From Acholeplasma sp. (GTDB lineage: Bacteria; Bacillota_I; Bacilli_A; ML615J-28; CAG-698), in contig DUOW01000005.1 of the NCBI GenBank assembly GCA_012838635.1, positions 15,555 through 79,554 on the forward strand: 64,000 bases of DNA, written 5' to 3'. Each line of letters begins with the position of its first letter. Position 1 is the stretch's first letter. The notes beneath the pieces are model-generated. The model was not told the DNA's origin. It searched no databases and worked only from the letters and a program-made list of their open reading frames with translations. The translations under genes were made by a program, and so were the position numbers. Below, piece by piece: positions 28,735 through 39,910 of this stretch.

Positions 28735-30843
28735 CTATTGATTTAGATAAGTAAATTTTTTATTTTTATAGATAATTGTATAATGAAGGTCAGTCCTATA
28801 AGTCTTAATACCAAAACTATTTAATCTTGTAATTGTCTCATGATCGGGGAAAGCAAAAGATTTAACTCTACCAGTTTGAATAATAGCATATTTTGGTTTT
28901 AAAAACCTTAGAAGATTAGGTGAGGTCGCTGTTTTTGAACCATGATGTCCTACTTTTAAAACATCAACACTATCTTTAAAACCATTTAATCTTGCTTCAC
29001 CAGTAGTTACTAAATCACCTAAAAATAAAAAATTAAGTTCACTTCTTAAAAAAGAAATAATACTATTATTATTTTCATCTAAATCTTGATGTTGTGGGGG
29101 ATATAAAATAAGTTGATCTCTTCCTAGTTTTATTAAATAAGGAGAGCTAATTTTGATTTGTCTAGGAAAAGATAAACTTGATAGTGAAGACGTAATGATT
29201 TTTTTTACTCTAATCGCCTCACAAATATCCTTTGCTTCCCCATAGTGGTCAAAATGATCATGAGTTATGATAAGATAGTCTAAACTATAAACACCTGTCT
29301 TTTTTAAAAAACTACTAACCTTTTTCCCTTGTCCTGTTCCGGTATCAATTAAGATTTGCTTTGTTCCTTTTTGAATTAAAATCGACTCCCCGTTATAAAG
29401 ATCTAAAAATGTTACTTTTAAACTTGTAGTACTACTTTGAAATAAAATAAAACAAGAAAAAAGAAAAAGAAAGGAAGCTAAAACTATTTTTCTTAATTTT
29501 AACTTCCTCAAACTAAAAAAGAAAACAAAAAAACCATAGTAAATAAGAGCATGATAGATCTTAAAATAAGGTAGAGGAATACAAATTTTAATTTGACTGG
29601 CAAAGAGGTTATTAAGAAATAAGAAGCCTTGAACTAACAAATTATAAAATTTATTTAAAAAAGGCAAAAACAAAATAACAAACGATAACGGAAGCAAAAT
29701 TTCCAAAACCAAAAAAATAAAGACAACATTTACAAAAGGCGATAATAAATTAACCTCTGAGTTAATATTGGCAATTATCGGTAAAGTTACAATAACAGCG
29801 GCAGCAGAAATTATAATCGTTTGGATTAAACTGCTTTTATCTTTCACTAAAGTTGTAATCAACACAATGATAGCAGTTACAATAAAACTCAACTGAAAAC
29901 TCAAATTAAAAAAATAACAAGGATTAATAATAAGCATAAAAATAAATGCTAGTGAAAGCAAATCTAAAGTTTTTAAATGTAACTTATACTTCTTATTTAC
30001 TGTATGCATTAAATACATAAGTACAGCCCTTAATACTGAAGGCAAAAAATTTGTAAGAAATAGATAAATAATTAATAGTGAAGATACGATTTTATCTTGA
30101 TGTTTTGCTTTAGAAAAAACTTTTATTAAAAAGTAAGTAATGATATTTACATGGGCACCAGAGATGGCAAACAAATGAGAAGTCCCATTTATTCTTAAGT
30201 CAGATGCAAAATCTAAAGTAAAACTTTTACTATCTCCAATAACTAAACCTTTAATAATCATATTACCAGGCTCTTTAAAATACTTATCAATATAATTAGC
30301 TATTAATTCTCTTAAGTATAAATAAGAGAATCTTTTTTTTGTTTTAATAACAGAACTAGCATTAATAACTTTCGAAATTCCTTGATGTTTTAAATACTCT
30401 TTGTAATCAAAATCATAAGGTATTCTAACATCATCAATAACTACTTCTTCCCCTTTAAATTTAACATAATCTAAAACACTATATTCTGTTTCTAAATCTG
30501 TATAAACCATAATTTTATACCAAGATTTCTTAACAGTTAATGTTTGGCTTGCATCACTTTTTTTAATATTGATAATTTGGCCTTCTAAGTAATGATGTTC
30601 TTGAGTTTGAAGCAATAATTTTAGTAGATAGATAAAGATAATTAAAAAAGCGATAGTTATGATTGTATAAAATATTGCTTTTGCTTTTTTGTAAATATAA
30701 ACTAAATAAACTAAAGTTACGAAAATAACTATATAATGTTTAAGTGAAAGTAAAAATAAGACAATCCCTAAAGCAACTAAAAAGTAGTTATTTAATAACT
30801 TTTTATACAGTGATTTGTTCTTTAATTCTTTCAAAAAGAGCAT
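28735..30843 (-). CDS. comEC: DNA internalization competence protein ComEC/Rec2 (membrane channel + C-terminal MBL domain)
   Basis: Polytopic competence domain. C-terminal HxHxDH (THDHFDH) metallo-beta-lactamase motif. Confidence 0.85.
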   Translation of the reverse strand: MLFLKELKNKSLYKKLLNNYFLVALGIVLFLLSLKHYIVIFVTLVYLVYIYKKAKAIFYTIITIAFLIIFIYLLKLLLQTQEHHYLEGQIINIKKSDASQTLTVKKSWYKIMVYTDLETEYSVLDYVKFKGEEVVIDDVRIPYDFDYKEYLKHQGISKVINASSVIKTKKRFSYLYLRELIANYIDKYFKEPGNMIIKGLVIGDSKSFTLDFASDLRINGTSHLFAISGAHVNIITYFLIKVFSKAKHQDKIVSSLLIIYLFLTNFLPSVLRAVLMYLMHTVNKKYKLHLKTLDLLSLAFIFMLIINPCYFFNLSFQLSFIVTAIIVLITTLVKDKSSLIQTIIISAAAVIVTLPIIANINSEVNLLSPFVNVVFIFLVLEILLPLSFVILFLPFLNKFYNLLVQGFLFLNNLFASQIKICIPLPYFKIYHALIYYGFFVFFFSLRKLKLRKIVLASFLFLFSCFILFQSSTTSLKVTFLDLYNGESILIQKGTKQILIDTGTGQGKKVSSFLKKTGVYSLDYLIITHDHFDHYGEAKDICEAIRVKKIITSSLSSLSFPRQIKISSPYLIKLGRDQLILYPPQHQDLDENNNSIISFLRSELNFLFLGDLVTTGEARLNGFKDSVDVLKVGHHGSKTATSPNLLRFLKPKYAIIQTGRVKSFAFPDHETITRLNSFGIKTYRTDLHYTIIYKNKKFTYLNQ

Positions 30844-31333
30844 TAGAAATACCCGTTACATTCATAATGTCCTCAATCTTTTTAAATCTTCCATGTTGTT
30901 CACGGTAAGTAACTATTGCTTTAGCTTTAGTTTCCCCAATACCTGATAGTTCCATTAATTGTTCTACTGTTGCATAGTTAATATTTATAATCTTGTTTTC
31001 TGTTATTGTACTACTTTCACCTTTTTTAGAAACAATAATAACTTCGCCATCACTTAAAACTTTGGCTAAGTTTAAATCAGCTCCATTAGCATCTTTTGTA
31101 AAGCCGCCAGATAATTCAATTAAATCATTAATTCTCGAACCTTGTTCTAAAATATATAAACCAGGATGATAAACTTCTCCTTTAATCTCAACAACAATAT
31201 TCTCAATCATTACTTCTCTTCTTTCATCAATAGGATCTTCTGTTTTAGGTTTACTCACAAGACTAATAATAATGCCTGCTACAATTAAACCTACAACAAC
31301 ACTTACAATAATAATTATTTTTTTCTTTTTCAT
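30803..31333 (-). CDS. comEA: competence protein ComEA (membrane-anchored helix-hairpin-helix DNA binding)
   Basis: N-terminal TM, SLBB-like middle region and a C-terminal HhH domain (ATVEQLMELSGIGETKAKAIV). Overlaps comEC by 41 nt. There is no comEB between them. Confidence 0.85.
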   Translation of the reverse strand: MKKKKIIIIVSVVVGLIVAGIIISLVSKPKTEDPIDERREVMIENIVVEIKGEVYHPGLYILEQGSRINDLIELSGGFTKDANGADLNLAKVLSDGEVIIVSKKGESSTITENKIININYATVEQLMELSGIGETKAKAIVTYREQHGRFKKIEDIMNVTGISNALFERIKEQITV

Positions 31334-31481
31334 TGCTAGCTCCTTTTACTTATATATTATAAAAAGTTAAGTCCTTTTACTTTTATTTTTACCTAAAATG
31401 TGCTATACTATTAATGAAAAGATATCTAATCATATTTTAAGATACGGATATTTAATACGATTTTAGATAAGAGGAGGGCCT

Positions 31482-33683
31482 ATGAAAAATGTATTAAAAC
31501 TATTCTTTTTACTGTTTATAGCTTTTTTCCTTGTTAGTTGTAACGGGGATGATAAACCAGAAAAAACTATAACCACTCTTACTCTTTCTACTACTAAACT
31601 TGAATTAGTTGAAGGAGAAACAGGACAAATTGAAGCTGTTGCAAAAACAGACAAAGATGAAGCTGTTGCTATTACTTATGAAGTTAGTGATCCAACAATC
31701 GCTAGCGTAAATAGTTCAGGTAAGGTTACAGCAATCAAAGAAGGTAGTACAACTGTAACTTTAACAGCAAACGATAAAACAGCTACATGTACTATCACTG
31801 TAACTAAGGAGGAAGTTGTGGAACCACCAGTAGTAGAACCAAAAGTAACTTTTGCCGTTTCGGAAATTACAATAGAATTGGATGTAAATCCTGAATATAC
31901 ACTAACTCCAAAATTAGTTGGTGAAGCTGAGTTATCATATGCAATTGATCATGAAGATGTTCTTAGCATTGAAGGCAATAAAATTACAGCTTTAAAAGTT
32001 GGTAATGCTGTTGTAACTGCTACTTATGGTGAATCTACTGCTACAATAAATGTAACTGTAGTAAAACAATTCTCAGTTAGTTTAGATCAAGAAATCAATG
32101 AAGGTGATGAAGTATCAGCTTATGTAAACGAACCACTTTCATTAGTTATTGTAGATAAAACAGATATCGGTATTGGTGTTGAATGTACAAGTAGTGATAA
32201 AACAGTTGCTACAATCACAAATTCAGGAGTTATTACTCCACTTGCTGAAGGTACAACTACCATTAAAGTTCAATCAATTACAACTCCTGCACTAGTTAGA
32301 ACTTTCCAACTTGTTGTAGGACATAAACCATTACAAAGTTTCTCATTTAGTTATCCAGATAATATGGAAACTAGTGGCGGACCTTATGATGTTAATGTAG
32401 AATTAAATCCAGTAAGTGCTAAAAACGACATTAGATTTGAATTAGTTGAACCAACTTCGATTCTTACTTTAAGACCATTAAATGGTCAAGTAATCGTAAA
32501 CGATAAAATTGGTTTTGCAAAAATCCGTGCTTATTCACAATCTAATCCAAATATTGAAGCACATGCTGTTATTGAAATTAATTTTAGTATGGTTGACTTA
32601 ATTAACTATTTAAATCAACCTCTAACAGTTGCTCAAAATATTATGCTAATTGGCTGGCAAACAGTTAATAACCCACCACATCCAGTTGAACCAATGTATG
32701 GTAGTATAAACAAATATTTATTTGATGAACATAGAGTTGTTTATAACTGGATGAAACCAGGAACAGTGGGCTATGTAGAATATGAAACAGGATCTCCAAA
32801 TCCAGTAATGTTCGTTACTGTTCATGACGTAGGCGGAAATGCAGCAGGTGAAACAGCCGAGGCAATTTCTAATTATTGTAACTCAAATGCTGAAGTATCA
32901 TATCACTATACAGTTGATGATTCTGAAGCATGGCAAAATATTGAACATGGTAGAGCTGCATGGCATGCAGGTTGCGGTCAAAATTTAAGTGGATTTTCAT
33001 ATTTAGATACAGGTATCCCATACGATATTACACGTGCTCGTCCAGCTGTAGATGTTTCAACTGATGGCTACTTAACAATTAACGGAGAAAAGAGTTTAAT
33101 TAAACTTCCACTTGCAGGAAATAGACAAGCTACAAAAGCTGATTTCCCTAGCATCGGTTTAATGTTCTTTGAAAGAAATGGTAACTATTATACTACTACT
33201 TTATACTGGAACACTACTTATCAAACTATCTCTAATAAAGGTGGTAATGACTTATCAGTAGGTATTGAGTCTTGTATTAACAAAGGTGGGGATTTATATC
33301 AAACATGGCAAAGACTTGCTAAATTAGTTGCTAATATCCTTTATGAACATAACTTAGGCTTAGATGCAGTTAGCCAACATAACAACTGGTCTGGAAAAGA
33401 TTGTCCTGGAACAATGAGAAGAGCAGGTTATTGGGATCACTTCATGACTTTAGTTGAAGCTGAATTATTAGTTTTAAAACAACTAGAAGGTTATGAAATT
33501 ACACTTGAACTTGTTAATGACGCTGATAAAGAATATGTAAACGATCGTGGTCGTGTATTAAAACTTCCAGCAACTAGAAGAACAATTAACTATAACTTCA
33601 AGTTGAGAAAAGATGGAGTATCTTACTCATTCCCTCAAACTTCAGTTATTCTTGCTGCATCAGAAATTAAACCTGTAATTTAA
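31482..33683 (+). CDS. lipoprotein with tandem bacterial Ig-like (Big_2) domains and a C-terminal N-acetylmuramoyl-L-alanine amidase (Amidase_2/PGRP) domain interrupted by an insertion
   Basis: Lipobox LVSC. Repeated Big_2-like segments (GETGQIEA..., ...VTAIKEGSTTVT). Amidase_2 motifs VTVHDVGGNA, SYHYTVDD..AWQNIE...AWHAG and a distal HNNWSGKDCPG separated by about 120 aa. Confidence 0.6.
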   Translation: MKNVLKLFFLLFIAFFLVSCNGDDKPEKTITTLTLSTTKLELVEGETGQIEAVAKTDKDEAVAITYEVSDPTIASVNSSGKVTAIKEGSTTVTLTANDKTATCTITVTKEEVVEPPVVEPKVTFAVSEITIELDVNPEYTLTPKLVGEAELSYAIDHEDVLSIEGNKITALKVGNAVVTATYGESTATINVTVVKQFSVSLDQEINEGDEVSAYVNEPLSLVIVDKTDIGIGVECTSSDKTVATITNSGVITPLAEGTTTIKVQSITTPALVRTFQLVVGHKPLQSFSFSYPDNMETSGGPYDVNVELNPVSAKNDIRFELVEPTSILTLRPLNGQVIVNDKIGFAKIRAYSQSNPNIEAHAVIEINFSMVDLINYLNQPLTVAQNIMLIGWQTVNNPPHPVEPMYGSINKYLFDEHRVVYNWMKPGTVGYVEYETGSPNPVMFVTVHDVGGNAAGETAEAISNYCNSNAEVSYHYTVDDSEAWQNIEHGRAAWHAGCGQNLSGFSYLDTGIPYDITRARPAVDVSTDGYLTINGEKSLIKLPLAGNRQATKADFPSIGLMFFERNGNYYTTTLYWNTTYQTISNKGGNDLSVGIESCINKGGDLYQTWQRLAKLVANILYEHNLGLDAVSQHNNWSGKDCPGTMRRAGYWDHFMTLVEAELLVLKQLEGYEITLELVNDADKEYVNDRGRVLKLPATRRTINYNFKLRKDGVSYSFPQTSVILAASEIKPVI

Positions 33684-33702
33684 TAGATATTTAAAAAAAC
33701 AA

Positions 33703-33730
33703 AAGAGACTTTTAAAAAGTCTCTTTTTTT
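33703..33730. terminator. bidirectional rho-independent terminator
   Basis: AAGAGACTTTTTAAAAAGTCTCTT flanked by A-runs and T-runs, between convergent genes. Confidence 0.8.
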
Positions 33731-33742
33731 TATACCTTCACC

Positions 33743-35950
33743 TTACATAAAATCAAATGGTGTAATCTCTCTTTTATCTTCTAATCTTTCTTTTAGCTTT
33801 GTTTGTCTTTGATCATCCATTTTAGTAATACCCATTGCTAGATAATTAACAGAACCTAACATAACTAAAAACTTTTTAGCTCTTGTAATTCCTGTATAAA
33901 TTAACTTCTTTCTTAGCATTATATAATACTGAGAGGTAATCGGCATAACTACTAAATCAAACTCACTACCTTGTGCTTTATGAATAGTAATTGCATAAGC
34001 TAGCATTAAGTCGTCTAACTCTTCTAACTTATACTTTACAATCCCTGAATCAAACTCAACTTCTAAACCAGTAATTTCGTTTTCTGATTTTGTAAAACGA
34101 TAAACCTTACCAATATCACCATTCATAATATCTTTCTCACTGCGATTTACAAGTTGTAAGACTTTATCACCAACTCTAAAAGAATGATTAAATCTTTTAA
34201 TCTCTTCATCAACTAAAGGATTAAACTTTTCTTGTAAAGCATTATTAATATTATGAATTCCATTTTCACCGCGATACATAGGCACCAATACTTGAATATC
34301 TTTGATTAAATCCATTCTTTTATTTACTGCTCTTTCTAAAACCTCAATAATGCCATTAATAATTTGGTCTTTTTCTAAAGCAATAAAACTCCAATCAGAA
34401 CTATTCTCCCTAAAGTATTCTGGTAAGTATCCTTCATTAATACTATGAGCTAAGTTTACAATAGCTGATCCTTCTTCCTGACGATAAATATCGTGAAGAT
34501 GAGTAACTTTAAAATAATCTGATTTTATCAAATCATTTAAAACATCTCCTGGGCCAATTGATGGTAATTGATCAGCATCCCCAACAATCACCAATCTAGT
34601 TTTTGGTGTTAATGCAGATACCAATCTATTTGCTAGTTCGATATCTACCATTGAAAACTCATCTACAATTACTAACTCAGAATCAATTAAAGCATCTTCG
34701 CCATATCTAAAGATATCTCCACCTTCATAACCTAAAAACTTATGAATCGTCATTGCCTCTTTACCAGTAATCTCTTGCATTCTTTTAGCTGCTCTACCCG
34801 TAGGTGCTAGTTGAGCAATACTTAAATCACTTGCCTTATAGTAATCTTGGAAACAATAAATAATTCCTTTAATAATCGTACTTTTACCAGTACCAGGTCC
34901 CCCTGTAATGATTGACACTTTATTTAATAAAGCATTACTAATTGCTTCTTTTTGTTCTTTGCCATATGAAAGACCAAACTTCTTTTCCGCTTTTTCAATT
35001 AAGCTTTTAGTATCAATATTTATCGTTTCACCTTCAGCTAAAGTTTTAATTTTAAAAGCAAAACTCTTTTCTGAATCATAAACTTTCTTTAAGAAGATAT
35101 CTTCATCTTCAATAATAATCTTTTTCTCTTTACTTAAATCTTCTAAAAATGAATTAAATTCTTTAAAAGCTATTTCCCAAGTTCTTAATTCTTTATTGAT
35201 TCTTTCATATAAGTCTTCTTTTTTAAAATATGTATTACCAAAACTATAAGTTAATTCTTTTAATAAATACATAATTAAGGCTTTTAGTCTTAAAGGTGAT
35301 GATTCTTTAAAACCTAAACTTAAAGCAATTTGGTCAGCTCTTTTAAAACCGTAACCTTCAACTTCATCAATTAACATATAAGGATTGGCTTTAACTATTT
35401 CATAAGCATCATTACCATAAGTGTTAATGATTTTTAAAGCAGCAGTCATTGTTAGCCCTAAATTAAGAAAAGCAACTGTTGTTTTACGAGAATGAGCATT
35501 TTCTTGTAAGACTTTTACTATTTCTGCTTTATTAGTAGCAGTTAATCCTTTAACTTCATCTAAACTTTTTGGATCATTTAAAATAACATTAATGCAATCT
35601 TGCCCTAAAGTATGATAAATTCTTGTAGCTTTTTGTTTTCCAATTCCTGTAAATAAATCGCTTGATAAATAATTCACAATACCTTCTAAGGTATTAGCTA
35701 CAATTCTTTCAAAATGATTTGCTTGAAACTGATAGCCATAATCTGTATCTTTAAACTGTCCTGTAAATTCATATAACTCATCTTTAAAAGGTTTACGATC
35801 AAAATTAGATGTTACGGTAAGCGTAAGAGTATATTGTTCTTCAATAATCTCTTTCATCTCAGGATCATTATGATCTAATGTTATTTGAACAATTCCAAAA
35901 TTGTTTTTAAAATAAATAACTTTAGAAATTATACCACGAACTACACCCAC
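33743..35950 (-). CDS. recD2: ATP-dependent RecD2-like DNA helicase (YrrC)
   Basis: N-terminal OB region. Helicase motifs GGPGTGKST and a DE box (VIVDEFSM). GTG start overlapping the mnmA stop (TAGTG). AAGGAG lies 9 nt upstream. Confidence 0.85.
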   Translation of the reverse strand: MGVVRGIISKVIYFKNNFGIVQITLDHNDPEMKEIIEEQYTLTLTVTSNFDRKPFKDELYEFTGQFKDTDYGYQFQANHFERIVANTLEGIVNYLSSDLFTGIGKQKATRIYHTLGQDCINVILNDPKSLDEVKGLTATNKAEIVKVLQENAHSRKTTVAFLNLGLTMTAALKIINTYGNDAYEIVKANPYMLIDEVEGYGFKRADQIALSLGFKESSPLRLKALIMYLLKELTYSFGNTYFKKEDLYERINKELRTWEIAFKEFNSFLEDLSKEKKIIIEDEDIFLKKVYDSEKSFAFKIKTLAEGETINIDTKSLIEKAEKKFGLSYGKEQKEAISNALLNKVSIITGGPGTGKSTIIKGIIYCFQDYYKASDLSIAQLAPTGRAAKRMQEITGKEAMTIHKFLGYEGGDIFRYGEDALIDSELVIVDEFSMVDIELANRLVSALTPKTRLVIVGDADQLPSIGPGDVLNDLIKSDYFKVTHLHDIYRQEEGSAIVNLAHSINEGYLPEYFRENSSDWSFIALEKDQIINGIIEVLERAVNKRMDLIKDIQVLVPMYRGENGIHNINNALQEKFNPLVDEEIKRFNHSFRVGDKVLQLVNRSEKDIMNGDIGKVYRFTKSENEITGLEVEFDSGIVKYKLEELDDLMLAYAITIHKAQGSEFDLVVMPITSQYYIMLRKKLIYTGITRAKKFLVMLGSVNYLAMGITKMDDQRQTKLKERLEDKREITPFDFM

Positions 35951-37059
35951 TAGTATAATCTCCTTATGTTATCTTGATAAACTTCATCAATAACTGCTCC
36001 ACCTAACATTTCATCTCCTTGATAGAAAACAACTGCTTGCCCTGGTGTTACAGCTCGAAATGATTCATATCTTACTTCTATCTTTTCTTTATCTATTCTT
36101 TTAACTTTTGCCTTAACTGCCTTACTTCGATATCTAAATTGAGCTAATACTTCAATTTCCTCAAAATCTTCTTTTAACCAGTTAAAACTAGAAGCATAGC
36201 ATTTATTAGAGTATAAGTATTCTTGGTCTTCTTGATAGCCTACTAAAAGCACATTTCTTTTAACATCTTTACCTAAAACAAACCAAGGTCCTTTATCTCC
36301 ACCTAAACCTAAGCCTTTTCTTTGACCAATTGTATAATACATTAACCCTTCATGCTTACCTACAACTTCACCTCGTAAAGTTTCCATATTACCAACTTGA
36401 GCAGGAAGGTAATTTTTTAAGAACTTATCAAAATCTCTTTCACCAATAAAACAAATTCCTGTAGAATCTTTCTTATCAGCAATATTAAGTTTATATTTTC
36501 TTGCAATTTCCCTTACTTCCTTTTTAGTTAGATCGCCTAAAGGAAACAAAGATTTTTCCAATTGCTTTTTAGTTAACATACAAAGAAAGTAACTTTGATC
36601 TTTATTTCGATCTTTTCCTCTAAATAGTTTTAAGGGATTATGAGTAATCTTAGCATAGTGTCCCATCGCAATATAATCAGCATCCATTTCCATTGCCTTT
36701 TCTAAAAAACATTTAAACTTGATTTCACTATTACATAAAATATCAGGATTAGGGGTACGATACTTTTTATATTCTTCAATAAAATGTGTAAAGACTTTAT
36801 TCCAATATTCTTCCACGAAATCCACCCTATGAAGTTTAATCCCTATAATTTTGGCAGCTTCTACGGCATCATTATAGTCTTGTTCTTGAGGACAAATATC
36901 GTCTGGATTATTAGGGTTACCTAAAATATCGTAATTAAGCATTGAGTCCCAATTACGCATAAACATCCCCTCTACATCATATCCTTGTTCTTTTAAAATA
37001 ATTGCACTTACTGCTGAGTCAACCCCACCACTAAATCCTAAAATTACTTTCTTTTTCAT
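35950..37059 (-). CDS. mnmA: tRNA 2-thiouridine(34) synthase
   Basis: SGGVDS PP-loop motif and catalytic cysteines, characteristic of MnmA. Confidence 0.9.
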   Translation of the reverse strand: MKKKVILGFSGGVDSAVSAIILKEQGYDVEGMFMRNWDSMLNYDILGNPNNPDDICPQEQDYNDAVEAAKIIGIKLHRVDFVEEYWNKVFTHFIEEYKKYRTPNPDILCNSEIKFKCFLEKAMEMDADYIAMGHYAKITHNPLKLFRGKDRNKDQSYFLCMLTKKQLEKSLFPLGDLTKKEVREIARKYKLNIADKKDSTGICFIGERDFDKFLKNYLPAQVGNMETLRGEVVGKHEGLMYYTIGQRKGLGLGGDKGPWFVLGKDVKRNVLLVGYQEDQEYLYSNKCYASSFNWLKEDFEEIEVLAQFRYRSKAVKAKVKRIDKEKIEVRYESFRAVTPGQAVVFYQGDEMLGGAVIDEVYQDNIRRLY

Positions 37060-37067
37060 AATAACCT

Positions 37068-39047
37068 CTATTCTAATTCGGCTTTAATTTCAAAAATAAT
37101 ATCTCTTAAAACCATTGCTTGTTCAAAGTCTAAATCTTTAGCTGCCTTTTTCATTTTTTCTTCTAAAGATTTAATAACTTTTCTTCTTTCAACTGTACTT
37201 AAATTAGCTAGTTTATTTAAATCATAAGTTTTTAAGTCTTCCTCTAATTCTCTTGTAATAACAAACTCATCTTGGATATCTTTATAAATAGTTTGAGGAA
37301 CAATGTTATGTTCCTTATTATAACTATCTTGAATATCTCTTCTACGATATGTTTCATTAATCGCATTTTCCATTGATTTAGTTATACTGTCTGCATATAA
37401 AATAACCATACCATTGACATTTCTTGCAGCTCTACCAATCGTTTGAATTAAAGATGTTTCGCTTCTTAAGAATCCTTCTTTATCAGCATCTAAAATGGCA
37501 ATTAACGATACTTCAGGAATATCTAATCCTTCTCTTAAAAGGTTAATACCAACTAAACAATCATAAACACCTAGTCTTAATTTTCTTATTATTTCTAATC
37601 TTTCTAAAGCTTTAATTTCTGAATGTAAATAAGCAACTTTGATATCTAACTCTTTTAAGTAATGTGTTAAATCTTCAGCCATTTTAATTGTAAGAGTTAG
37701 AACTAAAGTTCTTTCATTTTGACTAATTCTATTTTTAATTTCTTTGATTAAATCTTCAATTTGACCTTCACTTGGCTTTACCAAAACAATTGGATCTAAT
37801 AGGCCAGTTGGTCTAATGATTTGTTCTACAATCGCTCCACTTCTTTCTTTCTCATATTCAGAAGGAGTTGCACTTACATAGATAACTTGATCTAACTTTT
37901 GATTAAATTCAGCAAATGTTAAAGGTCGATTATCTAAAGCAGATGGTAATCTAAATCCGTTTTCAACTAAACTTAATTTTCTTGATCTATCTCCATTATA
38001 CATCGCTCTTACTTGAGGTAAGGTAACGTGTGATTCATCTACAATCAACAAAAAATCTTTTTTAAAGAAATCAACTAAAGTATAAGGAGTTTCTCCTTCT
38101 TCCCTTAAGCTTAAATGGCGAGAATAGTTTTCAATTCCTGAGCATGAGCCAATCTCTTCTAACATCTCTAAATCATATTTAGTTCTTTGTTCAATTCTTT
38201 GCGCTTCTAATAGTTTTCCTTGTTTTTGGAAACTAACTATTTGTTCTTCTAATTCTAGCTTTATTCTTCTAATTCCTTCTTCTCTTTTAGAAGAGCTTGT
38301 AGAAAAGAGAGTTGCAGGAAAGATATTAATAACTCTTGTTTCTTTGATTTTGTTTCCTGTTAGGCTATCTAAAATTAAGATTCTTTCAATCTCATCATCA
38401 AAATACTCAATTCTAACTGCAGCATCTTTTTCATGAGGAGGAATAATATCGATAGATTCTCCCCTTACTCTAAACGTACCTCTTTTAAACTCATAATCAT
38501 TTCTTAAGTATTCCATCTTAACTAACTTGTTTATCAAATTAGAACGAGAGTAGATATCGTTTTGCCTTAAAGTAAGCATGTTTTCTAAATAGTCTTCGGG
38601 ATTACCAATACCATAAATACAAGAAACCGAAGCAACTACAATTACATCATCTTCAGTTAAAAGTGATGTAACAGCAGAATGTCTCATTTGGTCAATATCA
38701 TCATTAATTGATGAATCCTTTTCAATATATAAATCCTTAGAAGCTACATAAGCTTCTGGTTGATAATAATCATAGTATGAAATAAAATATTCAACTCTAT
38801 TTTCAGGAAAGAATGTTTTAAGTTCGCTATATAGTTGCCCTGCTAATGTTTTGTTATGAGCTAAAACTAGAGTCTTTTTACCTATATTTTTAATTACATT
38901 GGCAACTGTATAAGTCTTACCTGTTCCTGTTGCTCCTAAAAGAGTTTGTTCTTTCATGCCTGCTTTTAAATTCTCAGTTAATTCTTTAATTGCTTTAACT
39001 TGATCACCTTTAGGTTCATAATTACTTTTTAAAATAAACTTACTCAT
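37068..39047 (-). CDS. uvrB: excinuclease ABC subunit B
   Basis: GATGTGKT Walker A, helicase motifs and a C-terminal UVR domain. Confidence 0.95.
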   Translation of the reverse strand: MSKFILKSNYEPKGDQVKAIKELTENLKAGMKEQTLLGATGTGKTYTVANVIKNIGKKTLVLAHNKTLAGQLYSELKTFFPENRVEYFISYYDYYQPEAYVASKDLYIEKDSSINDDIDQMRHSAVTSLLTEDDVIVVASVSCIYGIGNPEDYLENMLTLRQNDIYSRSNLINKLVKMEYLRNDYEFKRGTFRVRGESIDIIPPHEKDAAVRIEYFDDEIERILILDSLTGNKIKETRVINIFPATLFSTSSSKREEGIRRIKLELEEQIVSFQKQGKLLEAQRIEQRTKYDLEMLEEIGSCSGIENYSRHLSLREEGETPYTLVDFFKKDFLLIVDESHVTLPQVRAMYNGDRSRKLSLVENGFRLPSALDNRPLTFAEFNQKLDQVIYVSATPSEYEKERSGAIVEQIIRPTGLLDPIVLVKPSEGQIEDLIKEIKNRISQNERTLVLTLTIKMAEDLTHYLKELDIKVAYLHSEIKALERLEIIRKLRLGVYDCLVGINLLREGLDIPEVSLIAILDADKEGFLRSETSLIQTIGRAARNVNGMVILYADSITKSMENAINETYRRRDIQDSYNKEHNIVPQTIYKDIQDEFVITRELEEDLKTYDLNKLANLSTVERRKVIKSLEEKMKKAAKDLDFEQAMVLRDIIFEIKAELE

Positions 39048-39050
39048 AAT

Positions 39051-39824
39051 TTAAACCTCTATTATAGGTAATGATTGATATTGTCTTGCAATATAGATAT
39101 CTCCTTTAAAATTTAAAGGTTTAATAATATCTCTTGCAATCTCTTCATCACTATTACATTCTTCAGAAACGTGAGCTAAAACAATTACTTTAGTTCTGGA
39201 AGTTAAATGCTCTTTAAGTAAATGATATGTAGCAGTATTACTCATATGTCCTTGGGCACTTAAGATTCTATCGATTAACATTTGGTGTCGATCACTGTTA
39301 ATTAAAGTATCAATATCATGATTAGCTTCAATTACTAAAGCATCAGTTGCTTCTAAAAGTGAAGTATACTTTTTTGGGAAAATACCTGTATCAATAGCAA
39401 TCATCAATGTTTTTTCTTCACAAATAAAACAATAACCAAAACAAGGAAAATCATGAACAAGTTGTAATGGTACAACAGAAAAGTCTAATATATTATATAA
39501 AGCATCAGCTTCTAATACTTTAGTATTTTCTAAAGAACTATAATATTTATATTTTGCATCTAAATGCTTATGTGTATCTAAACTTGCATAAATTGTGGCA
39601 TTAGTTTGTTTTAGAAATTGTGTTAACCCATATATATGATCAATATGACTATGTGTTAAAAAAAGAGCATCAACCTTATTTAAGTCAATTCCTAACTTTT
39701 CTGCCTTGTCTTTAGCTTTAGTATAAGCTATACCTATATCAACTAAAATCTTATGATTCTTAGTTTCAATATAAATACAGTTTCCTTTTGATCCACTAGC
39801 TAGTACTACAAACCTCATCTTCAT
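39051..39824 (-). CDS. MBL-fold metallo-hydrolase (YycJ/WalJ-like)
   Basis: HSHIDH motif and an overall beta-lactamase fold pattern. Confidence 0.7.
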   Translation of the reverse strand: MKMRFVVLASGSKGNCIYIETKNHKILVDIGIAYTKAKDKAEKLGIDLNKVDALFLTHSHIDHIYGLTQFLKQTNATIYASLDTHKHLDAKYKYYSSLENTKVLEADALYNILDFSVVPLQLVHDFPCFGYCFICEEKTLMIAIDTGIFPKKYTSLLEATDALVIEANHDIDTLINSDRHQMLIDRILSAQGHMSNTATYHLLKEHLTSRTKVIVLAHVSEECNSDEEIARDIIKPLNFKGDIYIARQYQSLPIIEV

Positions 39825-39867
39825 TTTCTCCTTATTTTAATTATATAATGTTTAGCATATTTTTTCA

Positions 39868-39900
39868 AGAAAAAGGGCATTAGATATCTAATGCCTTTTC
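39868..39900 (-). terminator. rho-independent terminator after the PrsA-like gene
   Basis: Minus strand GGCATTAG-atat-CTAATGCC followed by CTTTTTCTT. Confidence 0.65.
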
Positions 39901-39910
39901 TTTATTTTTA

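Noticed and set aside
31463-31654. 63-aa minus-strand ORF overlapping the lipoprotein start
   Set aside because: It is antisense to the signal-peptide region of a confident plus-strand gene. No RBS.
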